Positions 10,255 to 21,530 are shown, counted from the stretch's first letter. The stretch is 64,000 bases of DNA from Nannocystales bacterium (GCA_050633305.1 JBOEGF010000018.1:32001-96000), one strand, 5' to 3'. The notes: generated by a model not told the origin, from the sequence alone. Numbers and translations: made by a program.

Positions 10255-10893
10255 ATGAAACGCTTCAAATACCCCCGTACGCGCCACCTGCCGTGGTCGC
10301 CCGGGGCCAGTAAAGATGACCTCATGGCGAAGGGCGTTGAGCCCTTCGTCGGGCAGCGCGTGATCGTGTCCGAGAAGATGGATGGTGAGAACACCACCTT
10401 GTATCGCGACCACGTTCACGCCCGCTCGGTCGACAGCCGCCACCACCCGTCACGGGATTGGGTCAAAGGCTTGCATGGCCGCGTCGCCTTTCAGATTCCC
10501 GAGGGGTGGCGGCTGTGCGGGGAGAACCTGTACGCGGTCCACTCGGTCGCGTACCGAGCGCTTCCGAGCTACTTCATGCTGTTTTCGGTCTGGGATGCGG
10601 CCAATCGCTGCCTTGGCTGGGATGAGACCACCGAGTGGGCCGAGCTGCTGGGCATCCGCACGGTGCCAGTCTTGTACGACGGCGTCTTCGACCCCGTTTG
10701 GTTTGAGGCCTTCTGCTGTGACACGGACGTGAGCGAGGGCTATGTCGTTCGGCTCGCCGACGGTTTCGAGTTCGCCGAGTTCGGCAAGAGCGTGGCCAAG
10801 TGGGTTCGCAGCGGCCACGTGCGAACGGACGAACACTGGATGCACAAGCCTGTGGTTCCCAACGAACTGGCCGAGGTGGAGGGAGAGTCGTGA
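10255..10893 (+). CDS. ATP-dependent RNA ligase family protein (ligase 1)
   Basis: KYPRTRHLPWSPG N-terminus, nucleotidyltransferase motif I EKMDG, then CGEN, FMLFSVWD, EGYVVR, KWVR. Confidence 0.9.
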   Translation: MKRFKYPRTRHLPWSPGASKDDLMAKGVEPFVGQRVIVSEKMDGENTTLYRDHVHARSVDSRHHPSRDWVKGLHGRVAFQIPEGWRLCGENLYAVHSVAYRALPSYFMLFSVWDAANRCLGWDETTEWAELLGIRTVPVLYDGVFDPVWFEAFCCDTDVSEGYVVRLADGFEFAEFGKSVAKWVRSGHVRTDEHWMHKPVVPNELAEVEGES

Positions 10894-12221
10894 AGAGGCT
10901 GGTCGAGAGCATCGAGGCAGGGGTACAGCCCTCGATCGCGGAATTCGTCGCGGGGCTCGGGGACGTCATTCCTGCGATGCGTCAGCTCGAGAGCACGCCG
11001 CAAGACCCCGGCTGGCACGCGGAAGGGAACGTCTTCATTCACACGGGGATGGTGTTGGACGCTCTGTACGAGCTGCTCGCGACACGGGCGGCATCGGTTG
11101 TCGGCCCACGACGCACCGCGCTGATCTTGGCTGCGGCGCTTCATGATGTCGCAAAGCCGTTGACCACCCGCCCGATGGAGATCCGCGGCGTTCAGCGGAC
11201 CGCGGCTCCGCGCCACGAGATGCGCGGTCGGTCGATGTTGTCCCTGTTGCTGATGGAGCAGGGGCTGGACTACCGGTTGATCGAGGGCGTCGCTGACCTC
11301 GTCGGCTACCACGTCGCGCCCAAGTTTCTGGTCGTCAAGGGGCGGGAGCGGGGAGCGTACTTGCGTTTGGCCCAGGCCGCGGACCCCGAGCTGCTGTACT
11401 GGCTCGAGCTGGCGGACATGATCGGGCGGACTTGTGTCGATCAGCGGAAGCAGATCGAGCACATCGAGATGTTCGGCCTCTTTGCCCAAGAGTACGGCGC
11501 CTGGCGGCGGTTCGCCGATGAGGCTCCTGCGTGGCGGGCGATGTTTCGCGATGGGGTCGAAGGAACTCCCGCGATGCAGGATCTCAGTCATGGGCAGTTC
11601 ATCCACGACCTGTGTGCGGGAACGGTATCGCAACCGGAGGAAGGCATCGCCCGCAGCTACCGATTTCGCCAGGGGTTTCCCGAACTGGTGATCACGGTCG
11701 GGCCCAGCGGGTCGGGGAAGTCCACTTGGGTCAAGCGGCATCTCGAAGACCACGTCTGCATCAGCCTCGATGACATCCGAAGCGAGCTCGGTGGGCGTGG
11801 CGATCAGTCTCGCAACGGTGAGGTCCGCCGCCTCGCGCGAGAGCGACTGCGCGAAGGGTTGAGGCAGAATCGAAAGACCGTCTGGGACGCCACCAGTCTA
11901 CGGCGAGACTTCCGGGACTCGCTGACGAAGCTGGCCTTCGATTACGGAGCGCTGGTCACCCTCGTTTGCTTTCCGCGGGCCCCACGGACCTACCATCGTC
12001 GAAACCGTGAGCGAGACAACCCGGTCCCTGCGAGCGTGCTCGACGGGCAGATCGAAGTCCTTCAGTGGCCCTCGCGTCTCGAAGGCCATCGTTGGCTCGT
12101 GGTGGACGAAGACGGAGCTGCGTTAGCCTACTACGGCGGGTTGGGCGAGGAGCTGCCGTACGGTGCTGCCTCGGCGCGTGACGTACTGCGAGAGTGGGAT
12201 GGCGAGGCGGTGGTGCGATGA
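10890..12221 (+). CDS. HD-domain phosphohydrolase fused to P-loop polynucleotide kinase (AAA_33-like)
   Basis: WHAEGNVFIHT, AALHDVAKP and ADMIGR (HD); GPSGSGKSTW, ISLDDIR and WDATSLRR (PNK-type kinase). GTGA overlap with ligase 1. Confidence 0.9.
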   Translation: MKRLVESIEAGVQPSIAEFVAGLGDVIPAMRQLESTPQDPGWHAEGNVFIHTGMVLDALYELLATRAASVVGPRRTALILAAALHDVAKPLTTRPMEIRGVQRTAAPRHEMRGRSMLSLLLMEQGLDYRLIEGVADLVGYHVAPKFLVVKGRERGAYLRLAQAADPELLYWLELADMIGRTCVDQRKQIEHIEMFGLFAQEYGAWRRFADEAPAWRAMFRDGVEGTPAMQDLSHGQFIHDLCAGTVSQPEEGIARSYRFRQGFPELVITVGPSGSGKSTWVKRHLEDHVCISLDDIRSELGGRGDQSRNGEVRRLARERLREGLRQNRKTVWDATSLRRDFRDSLTKLAFDYGALVTLVCFPRAPRTYHRRNRERDNPVPASVLDGQIEVLQWPSRLEGHRWLVVDEDGAALAYYGGLGEELPYGAASARDVLREWDGEAVVR

Positions 12222-12988
12222 TCGTGTTGCCTCAATACCCGCGGACCCTGCATCTGGGGGACTCCGGTGGCCAGCAGTCCAAACACCATTGCCCCTTCGG
12301 CGAGGTCGAAGGCCTTCATGTCGCGATCGAGGAGAAAGTTGACGGGAGTCATTGCGGGCTTGCGTTCGATGTCGAGGCCGAACTTCGGGTGTTTTCTCGC
12401 AACACGGTGCTCGAGCGCTCGCCCGCGCAGCGAGATTTTCGCCCCCTCGCTCGGCTTGCTCGTGAGCAGGTGGATGGACTCTGGGACGTGCTGAGCGACC
12501 GGTACGTGTTGTACGGGGAGTGGACCTGGGCCACCCATTCGATCTTCTACGACGCACTGCCGACGTTCTTCCTCGAGGATGACGTGTTCGATCGAAAGGC
12601 GGGTCGGTTTCTGTCGACGCTCGGCCGGCGGACCCTGGTTTCGAAGCTTCCGGTCGGGTTCGACTGTTCGGTGGCGCTGCTGCACGAGGGGACGGTCTCG
12701 GGTCTTGATGCGTTGCGCTCGATGGTGGGCCCTTCGCACTACAAGTCTCCGCGGTGGCGCGAACGGTGCCCGGCTGTTGCGTCGGTCGAGGACACCGACC
12801 TCATGGAGGGGCTGTACATCAAGGTCGAGAGTGAGGCGTTCGTCGAGCGGAGGCTGAAGTGGATCCGGCCAACGTTCCTGGGACACATTGCGAGTGCACC
12901 AGGGCACTGGCGCGATCGCCCGACGATGAAAAACCTCCTGGCGGAGAGGGCCGCAGTTGCCGCGACGGACACCGGAGCCGACCGATGA
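12218..12988 (+). CDS. ATP-dependent RNA ligase family protein (ligase 2)
   Basis: QYPRTLHL, EEKVDGSH, LYGEW, EGLYIK, KWIR. ATGA overlap with the HD-kinase gene. Confidence 0.85.
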   Translation: MIVLPQYPRTLHLGDSGGQQSKHHCPFGEVEGLHVAIEEKVDGSHCGLAFDVEAELRVFSRNTVLERSPAQRDFRPLARLAREQVDGLWDVLSDRYVLYGEWTWATHSIFYDALPTFFLEDDVFDRKAGRFLSTLGRRTLVSKLPVGFDCSVALLHEGTVSGLDALRSMVGPSHYKSPRWRERCPAVASVEDTDLMEGLYIKVESEAFVERRLKWIRPTFLGHIASAPGHWRDRPTMKNLLAERAAVAATDTGADR

Positions 12989-13036
12989 CATCGCCCCGAA
13001 AGGGGCAGGACGGCCTGCGGCCCGTATAGTTGTGGA

Positions 13037-14017
13037 GTGTGGGCACTGAAGAACCGCTCGCCGCATGGCGTCGGGCGGAACTGGGTCCGGGACGAGCATG
13101 GAGTGCATCACTGGCTCGTCGCTCTCAAGGCGACGTTTGAGATTGGCGCGGGCGGCACGCTGACGCTGGCAGACGAGCAACCCGAGCCCGCACTGGAGCC
13201 TGAGTACCGGGGGGAGCCGGGGAAGAGCAGCCTGGTGCAGGACGGCGAACTCAACGGCATGAAACCGACCACGGAGGTGCTGGTGCGCGGCATGGCGCAC
13301 GCTCCTGGGGGAAGAGCTGCGGAGTCGGTCCGGGTTTCGGTCCGTTGCGGCCCGGTCCAGAAGTCCATCATGGCGTATGGGCCTCGGGTGTACTTCGAGG
13401 GCGTCACAGGGGTCCGCACCACGGAACCGGCGCCGTTCGTCACCACTCCCGTCATGTATGAGCACGCGTTCGGGGGGTGGAACGATGATGACGACGACCC
13501 CGCCAAGCAACGGCTCGACGAGCGAAATCCGGTGGGTCGAGGTTTCGGCCGGTCGGCGAAAGACCTCGCCAACACATCGGCGCACACGCTGGAGAGTGAG
13601 GGGGACGGACCGGCGGGGTTCGGTCCGATCGACCCGAGCTGGCTTCCACGGCGCGGTTTCGCAGGAACCTACGACGCCGCGTGGGTGGAGAAGAAGAAGC
13701 CGCTTCTGCCCGACGACTTCGACCCTCGCTTCCACATGAGCGCGCCGTTGGACCAGCATGCGCCGACGTATCTGCGCGGGGGGGAGCCGGTCGGTGTGCT
13801 CAACATGACGCCCGAGGGACGGGTTGCGTTTCCGCTCCCGACGCTCGACGTTCGGATGACGTCGGTGTTCGGGCGGCGCAGGGTGAACCACGCAGGGGAA
13901 CTCACCACGGTGAGTCTGGACCTCGAGGCTCGCACCCTGCAGCTGTTGTTTCAAAGCAGCACGAAAGTCGCGGCGGCAGATGTCGATCGACTCGACTTCA
14001 CCGAGGTGATCGCATGA
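13037..14017 (+). CDS. DUF2169 family T6SS effector adaptor/chaperone
   Basis: LKATF, KPTTEVLVRGMAHAPGG, YEHAFGG, NPVGRGF, PAGFGPIDPSWLPRRGFAGTYDAAW, PLLPDDFD. Confidence 0.9.
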   Translation: MWALKNRSPHGVGRNWVRDEHGVHHWLVALKATFEIGAGGTLTLADEQPEPALEPEYRGEPGKSSLVQDGELNGMKPTTEVLVRGMAHAPGGRAAESVRVSVRCGPVQKSIMAYGPRVYFEGVTGVRTTEPAPFVTTPVMYEHAFGGWNDDDDDPAKQRLDERNPVGRGFGRSAKDLANTSAHTLESEGDGPAGFGPIDPSWLPRRGFAGTYDAAWVEKKKPLLPDDFDPRFHMSAPLDQHAPTYLRGGEPVGVLNMTPEGRVAFPLPTLDVRMTSVFGRRRVNHAGELTTVSLDLEARTLQLLFQSSTKVAAADVDRLDFTEVIA

Positions 14018-15042
14018 GCGTACTCGACGTCGTGGCGATGGGCGCCCGAACACCTGTTGGGTTGCGGGTCGACGCAACCGCGGCGGCGATTCGGTCTGGC
14101 CTTTCGGGCATCGCCGAACTCGCGTTTGTCGACGGCAAAGGGAGCCCCATCTGCGGCGCGGCCGACCGCCGTCTCGAACCCGCGGTCCGGGGCCACTCGC
14201 GCATGGCGGAACTCCAAGCATCGGCGCTGGAGGAGGCGCTGGGGAGCCTCGAGCTTACGGACGTGCCGTGTCGGCTGTGGTCGGTCTTACCCGAGACACG
14301 CCCGGGGTTTGGCGACGAGGACGCTCGGCGCCTCGTTGCCGCGGCGGCGTCTCGCCTCGTGAAGAGCGGGGCACGCGTCGAGACGCGCACGTGTGGCCGC
14401 GGTCATGCGGGCGCTGCTCAGGCGCTGGTACGCGCGAGCGCCGAGGAGAGCGAAGCGGTCCATGTCGTCGTCGGGGTCGACAGCTACCTGCACCCGCACA
14501 CCTACGTCTGGCTCGAACAGCAGGGGCTTCTCGCGCAAGAGGGCGCGCGCAACGGGGTCGTGCCGGGAGAGGCGGCCTGTTGTTTGGTCTTGGCATCGGC
14601 CGCCTTGCAGTCGCAGCTTCGTGTCCAGCCCCTCGCGCGGGTCGCCGGGGCCGGGCATGCGCGAGAAGAGCGGTTGCGGGACAGCGAATCCGGTTCACTG
14701 GGCGTCGGACTCACGCGCGCTGTGCTCGATGCGGGGGCGGGTCTCGCATTTCCGGACCAGGCTGCAGACGCCGTCTTCGCCGACCTCAACGGTGACCGTT
14801 ACCGAAGCGAGGAGTGGGCGTTCTTGGCTTTGCGGGCGCCGGTCGCCATGCGTTCCTTGCAGTACCGCTCGCCCGTCGGAAGCGTGGGCGACGTCGGGGC
14901 GGCGTTCATGCCCCTGTCGATCGCCTTGGCGGCCGAATCGTTTGCGCGCGGGTACGCCCCTGGGCCCCGCGCGTTGGTGACTGCGGGGTCCCACGGCGGA
15001 CTTCGGGGGGCTGTGTTTCTCGCGACAAAAGAGGCTGCATGA
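14014..15042 (+). CDS. Thiolase/beta-ketoacyl-synthase-like T6SS accessory protein (PRK06147-like)
   Basis: MGARTPVG, VGVDSYL, GVVPGEAA, DLNGDRYRSEEW, VGDVGAA. Lies between DUF2169 and DUF4150 with ATGA overlaps. Confidence 0.85.
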   Translation: MSVLDVVAMGARTPVGLRVDATAAAIRSGLSGIAELAFVDGKGSPICGAADRRLEPAVRGHSRMAELQASALEEALGSLELTDVPCRLWSVLPETRPGFGDEDARRLVAAAASRLVKSGARVETRTCGRGHAGAAQALVRASAEESEAVHVVVGVDSYLHPHTYVWLEQQGLLAQEGARNGVVPGEAACCLVLASAALQSQLRVQPLARVAGAGHAREERLRDSESGSLGVGLTRAVLDAGAGLAFPDQAADAVFADLNGDRYRSEEWAFLALRAPVAMRSLQYRSPVGSVGDVGAAFMPLSIALAAESFARGYAPGPRALVTAGSHGGLRGAVFLATKEAA

Positions 15043-16394
15043 GTGTCATCGTCAATGGACCGAAGACCCCCGTCACCGCAGGAAGCACTGGGATCGCGAT
15101 GGCGACGGTTCCCAACATTTGCAAGATGCCCGGGCCCCCAGCGCCGTTCGTGCCGACGCCGTTGCCCAACATCGGGAAGAGCGACAGTTCGCCGAAGAAG
15201 TACACCAAGAAGGTGAAGTTGGAGAGCAAGGCGGCCGCCATCGCGGGCGCGACGTTCACCTCCACCGGAGACGTGGCTTCGAAGGGGACCGGGGGAGGGC
15301 TCGTCTCTTCGAACACCCACGGGCCGACGAGTTTTGTCGGGCCGGGCTCCTTCGACGTGAAGTTCGAGGGCAAGAACGTACAGTTGCTCGGCGACCCGAT
15401 GCTCAACAACTGCGGCGGCAGCGGAAACCCACCCAACTCGGCGACGCTGGCGGGCGTGCTTCAGAAGCCGGGCCTCATTGCGGTGCTCGGCGACGAACCC
15501 TGCCCTGCGTGCGGGGAGACCCACGGAGACGACACCAAGCTCGAGGAGAGCGAGGATACGCAAGGGCTCTGCGACGAGCTCTTTGCGGCCGCAGACAAGG
15601 GGGTGAAGGAGGCCCAGAAAACGGCCGACGCGCAGCATAAGGCCGACTACGACGCCATGAAGCAGGCGTTTAAGGACCTCCAAGCCGCGATTGACGATGA
15701 ACTCGAGAGAGACGATCTCAGCAAGAACGCGCGCAGGAAGCTGGAGAAACAGAAGAAAAAGAAGGAGCCCAAGGAACCGCCGAAACGGAAGGTCGGGTAC
15801 ACCGCGATGGCGGGGGTCGTGAAGTGCAAACACGGCGAGGTGTTTGCGGGATTCTCTGGAACGCAGCGATGGGAGGTGTACGACGCGCTCCCCGGGGGCT
15901 GGCACAGCCCCAAGGCCTACGAGACCGATCGGCTCGTCGACAAGGTTGCGGCCAAGAACCTCTCCAAGGAGCGGGTGGGTGCGCACGTCAAGGCGAACCT
16001 GGATACGCTGTGGGACATCTGCGAGCGGGGGAACGCGGCTTTCCGTGCGGCTGGGGGAGCTGGATTTGCGTGGTACCCACCCGGTATGTGCGCCGCACAG
16101 CAGATGGTGGTGTTGGCGATGGACCATCAGTGTCGCCCGATCGGGCTGACTGAGCGCTGGTACAAGAACGGCGATCCCAACGCCGTGCCCGCCGGAGACC
16201 TATGGGTGCGGGACATGACGCCTTCGGGGCCAAGCGCGAAGCGAAAAATCGAGCCGTCGGAGATGGGCAAGAAGAAGGCGGTGCCGCCCTGCGAGACATG
16301 TCAGGTCATGCTTGCCGCCTTGCTCTGCACCCAAGACGGATTCACCGAGTGTGAATACAAGGCACCCAAGGCGGGAGTCTGCAAATGCACGTAG
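15039..16394 (+). CDS. DUF4150 (PAAR-like) effector with putative Zn-binding deaminase-like toxin domain
   Basis: N-terminal PNICKMPGPPAPFVPTPLPNIG...GSFDVKFEGKNV...GDPMLNN (DUF4150). C-terminal FAGFSG, PPGMCAAQQ, LTERWY, PPCETC. Confidence 0.8.
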   Translation: MSVIVNGPKTPVTAGSTGIAMATVPNICKMPGPPAPFVPTPLPNIGKSDSSPKKYTKKVKLESKAAAIAGATFTSTGDVASKGTGGGLVSSNTHGPTSFVGPGSFDVKFEGKNVQLLGDPMLNNCGGSGNPPNSATLAGVLQKPGLIAVLGDEPCPACGETHGDDTKLEESEDTQGLCDELFAAADKGVKEAQKTADAQHKADYDAMKQAFKDLQAAIDDELERDDLSKNARRKLEKQKKKKEPKEPPKRKVGYTAMAGVVKCKHGEVFAGFSGTQRWEVYDALPGGWHSPKAYETDRLVDKVAAKNLSKERVGAHVKANLDTLWDICERGNAAFRAAGGAGFAWYPPGMCAAQQMVVLAMDHQCRPIGLTERWYKNGDPNAVPAGDLWVRDMTPSGPSAKRKIEPSEMGKKKAVPPCETCQVMLAALLCTQDGFTECEYKAPKAGVCKCT

Positions 16395-16411
16395 TCGGCA
16401 GCGGTACCGCG

Positions 16412-17161
16412 ATGACCGAAAGCTTCGTCGCACTGGCGGAGTCCGTCGTGCCGGGGTGCGCCAAGACTTGGAAGGGGGCGACCGAGGACGAAGTCGATGA
16501 GATCGAGTTCTTCGCAGCCCAGGACTTGCCCCCGTTCTATCGCTGGTTTCTCGAGACCATGGGGGAGGACATGGGGTTGCTCGGGCACGCTTACCTCGAC
16601 CTGCGCGCAAAAACCGTACTTGCGGCGTATAACACCTTCGAGGTTCGGCGAGGCGAGGGGCCTCTGTACATCGGGCGCCATCCCGAGCCCGCGTTTCCCT
16701 TTCGCCAGTTCCTCGACCTGGACGCCCCGTGCCGCGAGGACGCCGCCGTCCTGGAGGAGCCCGAAGCCGGCGGCGATCGAACCCGGGCCTTCGAGACCCT
16801 GCGGGAGCAGCTCGCGTGGGGACTGTTGGTGCGATGCCGGCTCGCCACCGCACCGCAGCAGTTCATCGGCGCCGCGTCGAGCCCAGGTGGTGACGTCGTC
16901 GACGCGTTGCAGCCGGCCTTGGCCACCCTCGGCTGGAACTCGATGTTGGACACCGGCCGCTATTGCGGGTTGTACGAACGCGGACAGGAGTTGCTGCTGC
17001 TCTCCAACCGCGTGGATCCGAAGCGGCACGAGACACTCGTCGTGCAGGCGGGCGCGGCTGATGCCGTGACGCTAAGGGCGGCGCTAGGAGAGCTCGCGGT
17101 GACGGCGGACGTGAAGGTCGAAGCGCTGCGGTGGGAGCCTCCGCTGCCCGACGCAGGGTGA
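16412..17161 (+). CDS. Putative immunity protein, SMI1/KNR4 (SUKH)-like N-terminus
   Basis: GATEDEVDEIE...LPPFYRWFLETMG motif, directly downstream of the toxin gene. Confidence 0.7.
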   Translation: MTESFVALAESVVPGCAKTWKGATEDEVDEIEFFAAQDLPPFYRWFLETMGEDMGLLGHAYLDLRAKTVLAAYNTFEVRRGEGPLYIGRHPEPAFPFRQFLDLDAPCREDAAVLEEPEAGGDRTRAFETLREQLAWGLLVRCRLATAPQQFIGAASSPGGDVVDALQPALATLGWNSMLDTGRYCGLYERGQELLLLSNRVDPKRHETLVVQAGAADAVTLRAALGELAVTADVKVEALRWEPPLPDAG

Positions 17162-17170
17162 GCGTGGTTG

Positions 17171-17302
17171 TGCTAGGGACCGTCGAACGAGAGCGGTCAA
17201 ACGTTGTAGCGCTCCCTGCCGATCGTCCGTTGAGTCTCCCCGCGTCGCGACCGGAGCGAGTTCGACGTGTCCGAGGGCGGTTTCCCCGTCCTCACGGTGA
17301 GT
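17171..17302. repeat. Degenerate direct repeat, right copy (pairs with 10071-10203)
   Basis: Offset 7100 bp from the left copy. Starts 10 bp after the immunity gene stop. Confidence 0.9.
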
Positions 17303-17825
17303 CGAACGCGTGCTCAGCCTTTGGCTGGGTCTTGCGACGTACATCGAGTCCGTAAGCTAGGCGCACCTCACGAAGCCAGGTGCGTCTATCACCGAGTTTC
17401 CGCCTCGTTGGCGCGGAGCGAAGTCGCGCGTCGGCCCACCGCAGCAGCGCAGTCGTTGGGTCGTCATCAGAGCCTGAGCACCGCCGAGACGGGTGGCATG
17501 GGCCGGGTGTGCTCAGCGTCGTGAGGCACTGCGGCACCTCCGTCGGTCGTGGGAAGAGCCCTCGCTCCGTCGGGTCGGGGGGAGGGGCGTTTCCACCAAG
17601 CTGGGGGCTGAGGACAGCGGTATGCTTCGTGGCGTTGGACCGCAGGACGTCCAGCGCGCGGCCCGTTGTCGAGACCGGTGCCCAACACCGAAGGGTCTCA
17701 CTGTCTTGGTCTATGAGGTCCGCCTGGGTGACGTCTTGCGCTTCGAAGAGAAGCGCGCGCAGCACAGGCACTGCGTACTTTGCGTGCGCGATGGGTGCTC
17801 GCTCGCACGAAGGCATGCGTGTCAC
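17292..17825 (-). pseudogene. Possible decayed gene or hypothetical ORF ending inside the right repeat
   Basis: 177-aa ORF with patchy protein-like segments. Its TGA lies in the 13-nt block shared by both repeat copies. Confidence 0.25.
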
Positions 17826-17845
17826 CCCATCCTCCCTGAGACCGC

Positions 17846-18423
17846 CTACTCCAGCTTCAGGATCACGTCGCCCTGATCCAGATCCGACTCGTTCTCCGGC
17901 ACCACCGCAACCACTTTCGCGGTCTCGGGCAGCCCATCACCACCGTACGTGATCCGGTTGAAGGTCTTCATCACCTCCAACAGTGCGACCGTCTGTCCAA
18001 CCTTGACCGAGTCCCCCGGGGAGACGAACGGCGGCTGATCGGGCGCGGGCCTCAGATAAAATCGACCCGACAGCGGTGAACGGAAACTCAACCCGCCTCC
18101 ATCGGCCTGTGCTTCGACTGCGGCGGCCGTGGCAGAGCCCGTCGCGACCTCGAGGTCGAGGGTCAGCATGACATCGCCGTACGCTACATGAGCAGGCGCG
18201 TTGCCCTCACGCGCGGTGACCACCCCAACCACGCCGGTAGGCGCGACGACCCGGTGCAGAACACCCAGTGTTGCGATGAACCCAAGCGTGGCGCCGGGGC
18301 GGATCAGGCTGCCCTCGTCGGGCGCCTCTCTCCAATGCCCAACGGTGGGGCACAACAGGTGAACGAGGCTTCCATCGCGCTCGATCTTGGCGACGAGTTG
18401 GGGCTCGAATGCGCGTCCGGTTT

Positions 18424-18427
<4 letters not shown>
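17846..18427 (-). CDS. Biotin carboxyl carrier protein with an extra N-terminal biotinyl-like domain
   Basis: [14 protein letters not shown]...PFVSPGD...LLEVMKTFN biotinylation motif. ATG overlaps the carboxyltransferase stop. Confidence 0.9.
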
Positions 18428-20157
<1,730 letters not shown>

Positions 20158-20165
20158 GATCTTGG

Positions 20166-21530
20166 TTACTCCTGCGAGAAGCCCGGGATGGCGCGGGTGT
20201 CGTACTTGTTGGAGCGGAAGGGCTCGCTGGCCAAAATCTGCTGATGCATGGCCGCGGTGGTGTGGACGCCATCGCAGACGAGGTCACCGAGGGCGGCGAT
20301 CATGCGGTCGCAGGCTTGGTCGCGGGTTTCACCGTGGGTGATGACCTTGCACAACAGGCTGTCGTAGTGCGGAGGCACGACGTAGCCCGATTGCACGTGG
20401 GTGTCGACACGAACACCTTCTCCGGTGGGGCTGACCCACTTCTCGATCTTGCCGGGGCTCGGTCGAAAACCGTCGGAGGGGTCCTCGGCGTTGATGCGGC
20501 ATTCCAGCGCATGGCCGGTGAGTGTGATGTCGTCTTGCCGCCACCCGAGTTGATGGCCCGCGGCGACGAGGATTTGCTGCTCGACCAGGTCCTTGCCGCT
20601 GCGCACCTCGGACACGCAGTGCTCGACCTGCAGGCGGGTGTTCATCTCCATGAAGCGCAGCACGCCGTCTTGGTCGAGCAAGAACTCCATCGTGCCTGCG
20701 CCGACATACCCGATGGCGGCGGTGGCCTTGGCGGCGGCGTCGAGACTTGCTTGGCGGACGGCGTCGTCCAAGACCGGGGAGGGGCTCTCTTCGATGAGCT
20801 TCTGGTGGTTGCGCTGCACGGTGCAGTCGCGCTCGCCCAGGTGCACGACGTTGCCGTAGCGATCGGCCATCACCTGAATCTCGATGTGACGGCCGCCCTC
20901 GATGAGCTTCTCCATGTAGACCCGCGGGTCTCCGAAGGCGGCGCGAGCCTCGGCTTGGGCGTCGGCGTAGGCGGCAGCAACCTCATCGCCGCTGCGAGCG
21001 ATCCGCATGCCGCGACCGCCACCACCACTCTCGGCCTTGATGAGCACGGGGTAGCCCGTGGCATCGGCGACGCGGCGAGCATCGTCAGCGTCGGCGAGGA
21101 TCCCGTCGCTACCGGGGATGAGCGTGAGTCCAGCTTCGCCCATCGCTTTCTTGGCGGGCGTCTTCTTGCCCATCAGGTGCATCACGTGGGCGGGGGGCCC
21201 GAGGAAGGTCAGGCCGTGCTGTTCGCACAGCGCCGCGAACTGAGGGTTCTCCGCGAGGAAGCCCCAGCCTGGGTGGACGGCGGTACATCGCGACTGCCGA
21301 GCCGCTTGCACGACCTTTCCGAGGTCGAGGTAGCTGTGTGTGGAACGGGCAGGGCCCAGACACACGACTTCTCGGTCCTTCAGGTACGCCGCGCCGAGAT
21401 CGGCCTGTGAGGCCGCAAACACGGGCGTGATGCCCATGGCGTCGCAGGCCCGCGCGATGCGGACCGCAACTTCGCCTCGGTTGGCGATGAAGAGCCGGTG
21501 AAACAGACGAGGCGCACCCGCAGACGTCAT
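20166..21530 (-). CDS. accC: Biotin carboxylase subunit
   Basis: [68 protein letters not shown]. Confidence 0.95.
   Translation of the reverse strand: MTSAGAPRLFHRLFIANRGEVAVRIARACDAMGITPVFAASQADLGAAYLKDREVVCLGPARSTHSYLDLGKVVQAARQSRCTAVHPGWGFLAENPQFAALCEQHGLTFLGPPAHVMHLMGKKTPAKKAMGEAGLTLIPGSDGILADADDARRVADATGYPVLIKAESGGGGRGMRIARSGDEVAAAYADAQAEARAAFGDPRVYMEKLIEGGRHIEIQVMADRYGNVVHLGERDCTVQRNHQKLIEESPSPVLDDAVRQASLDAAAKATAAIGYVGAGTMEFLLDQDGVLRFMEMNTRLQVEHCVSEVRSGKDLVEQQILVAAGHQLGWRQDDITLTGHALECRINAEDPSDGFRPSPGKIEKWVSPTGEGVRVDTHVQSGYVVPPHYDSLLCKVITHGETRDQACDRMIAALGDLVCDGVHTTAAMHQQILASEPFRSNKYDTRAIPGFSQE

Noticed and set aside
12131..14221. 696-aa minus-strand ORF
   Set aside because: Arg/Pro-rich, has no motifs, and overlaps the well-supported ligase and DUF2169 genes.
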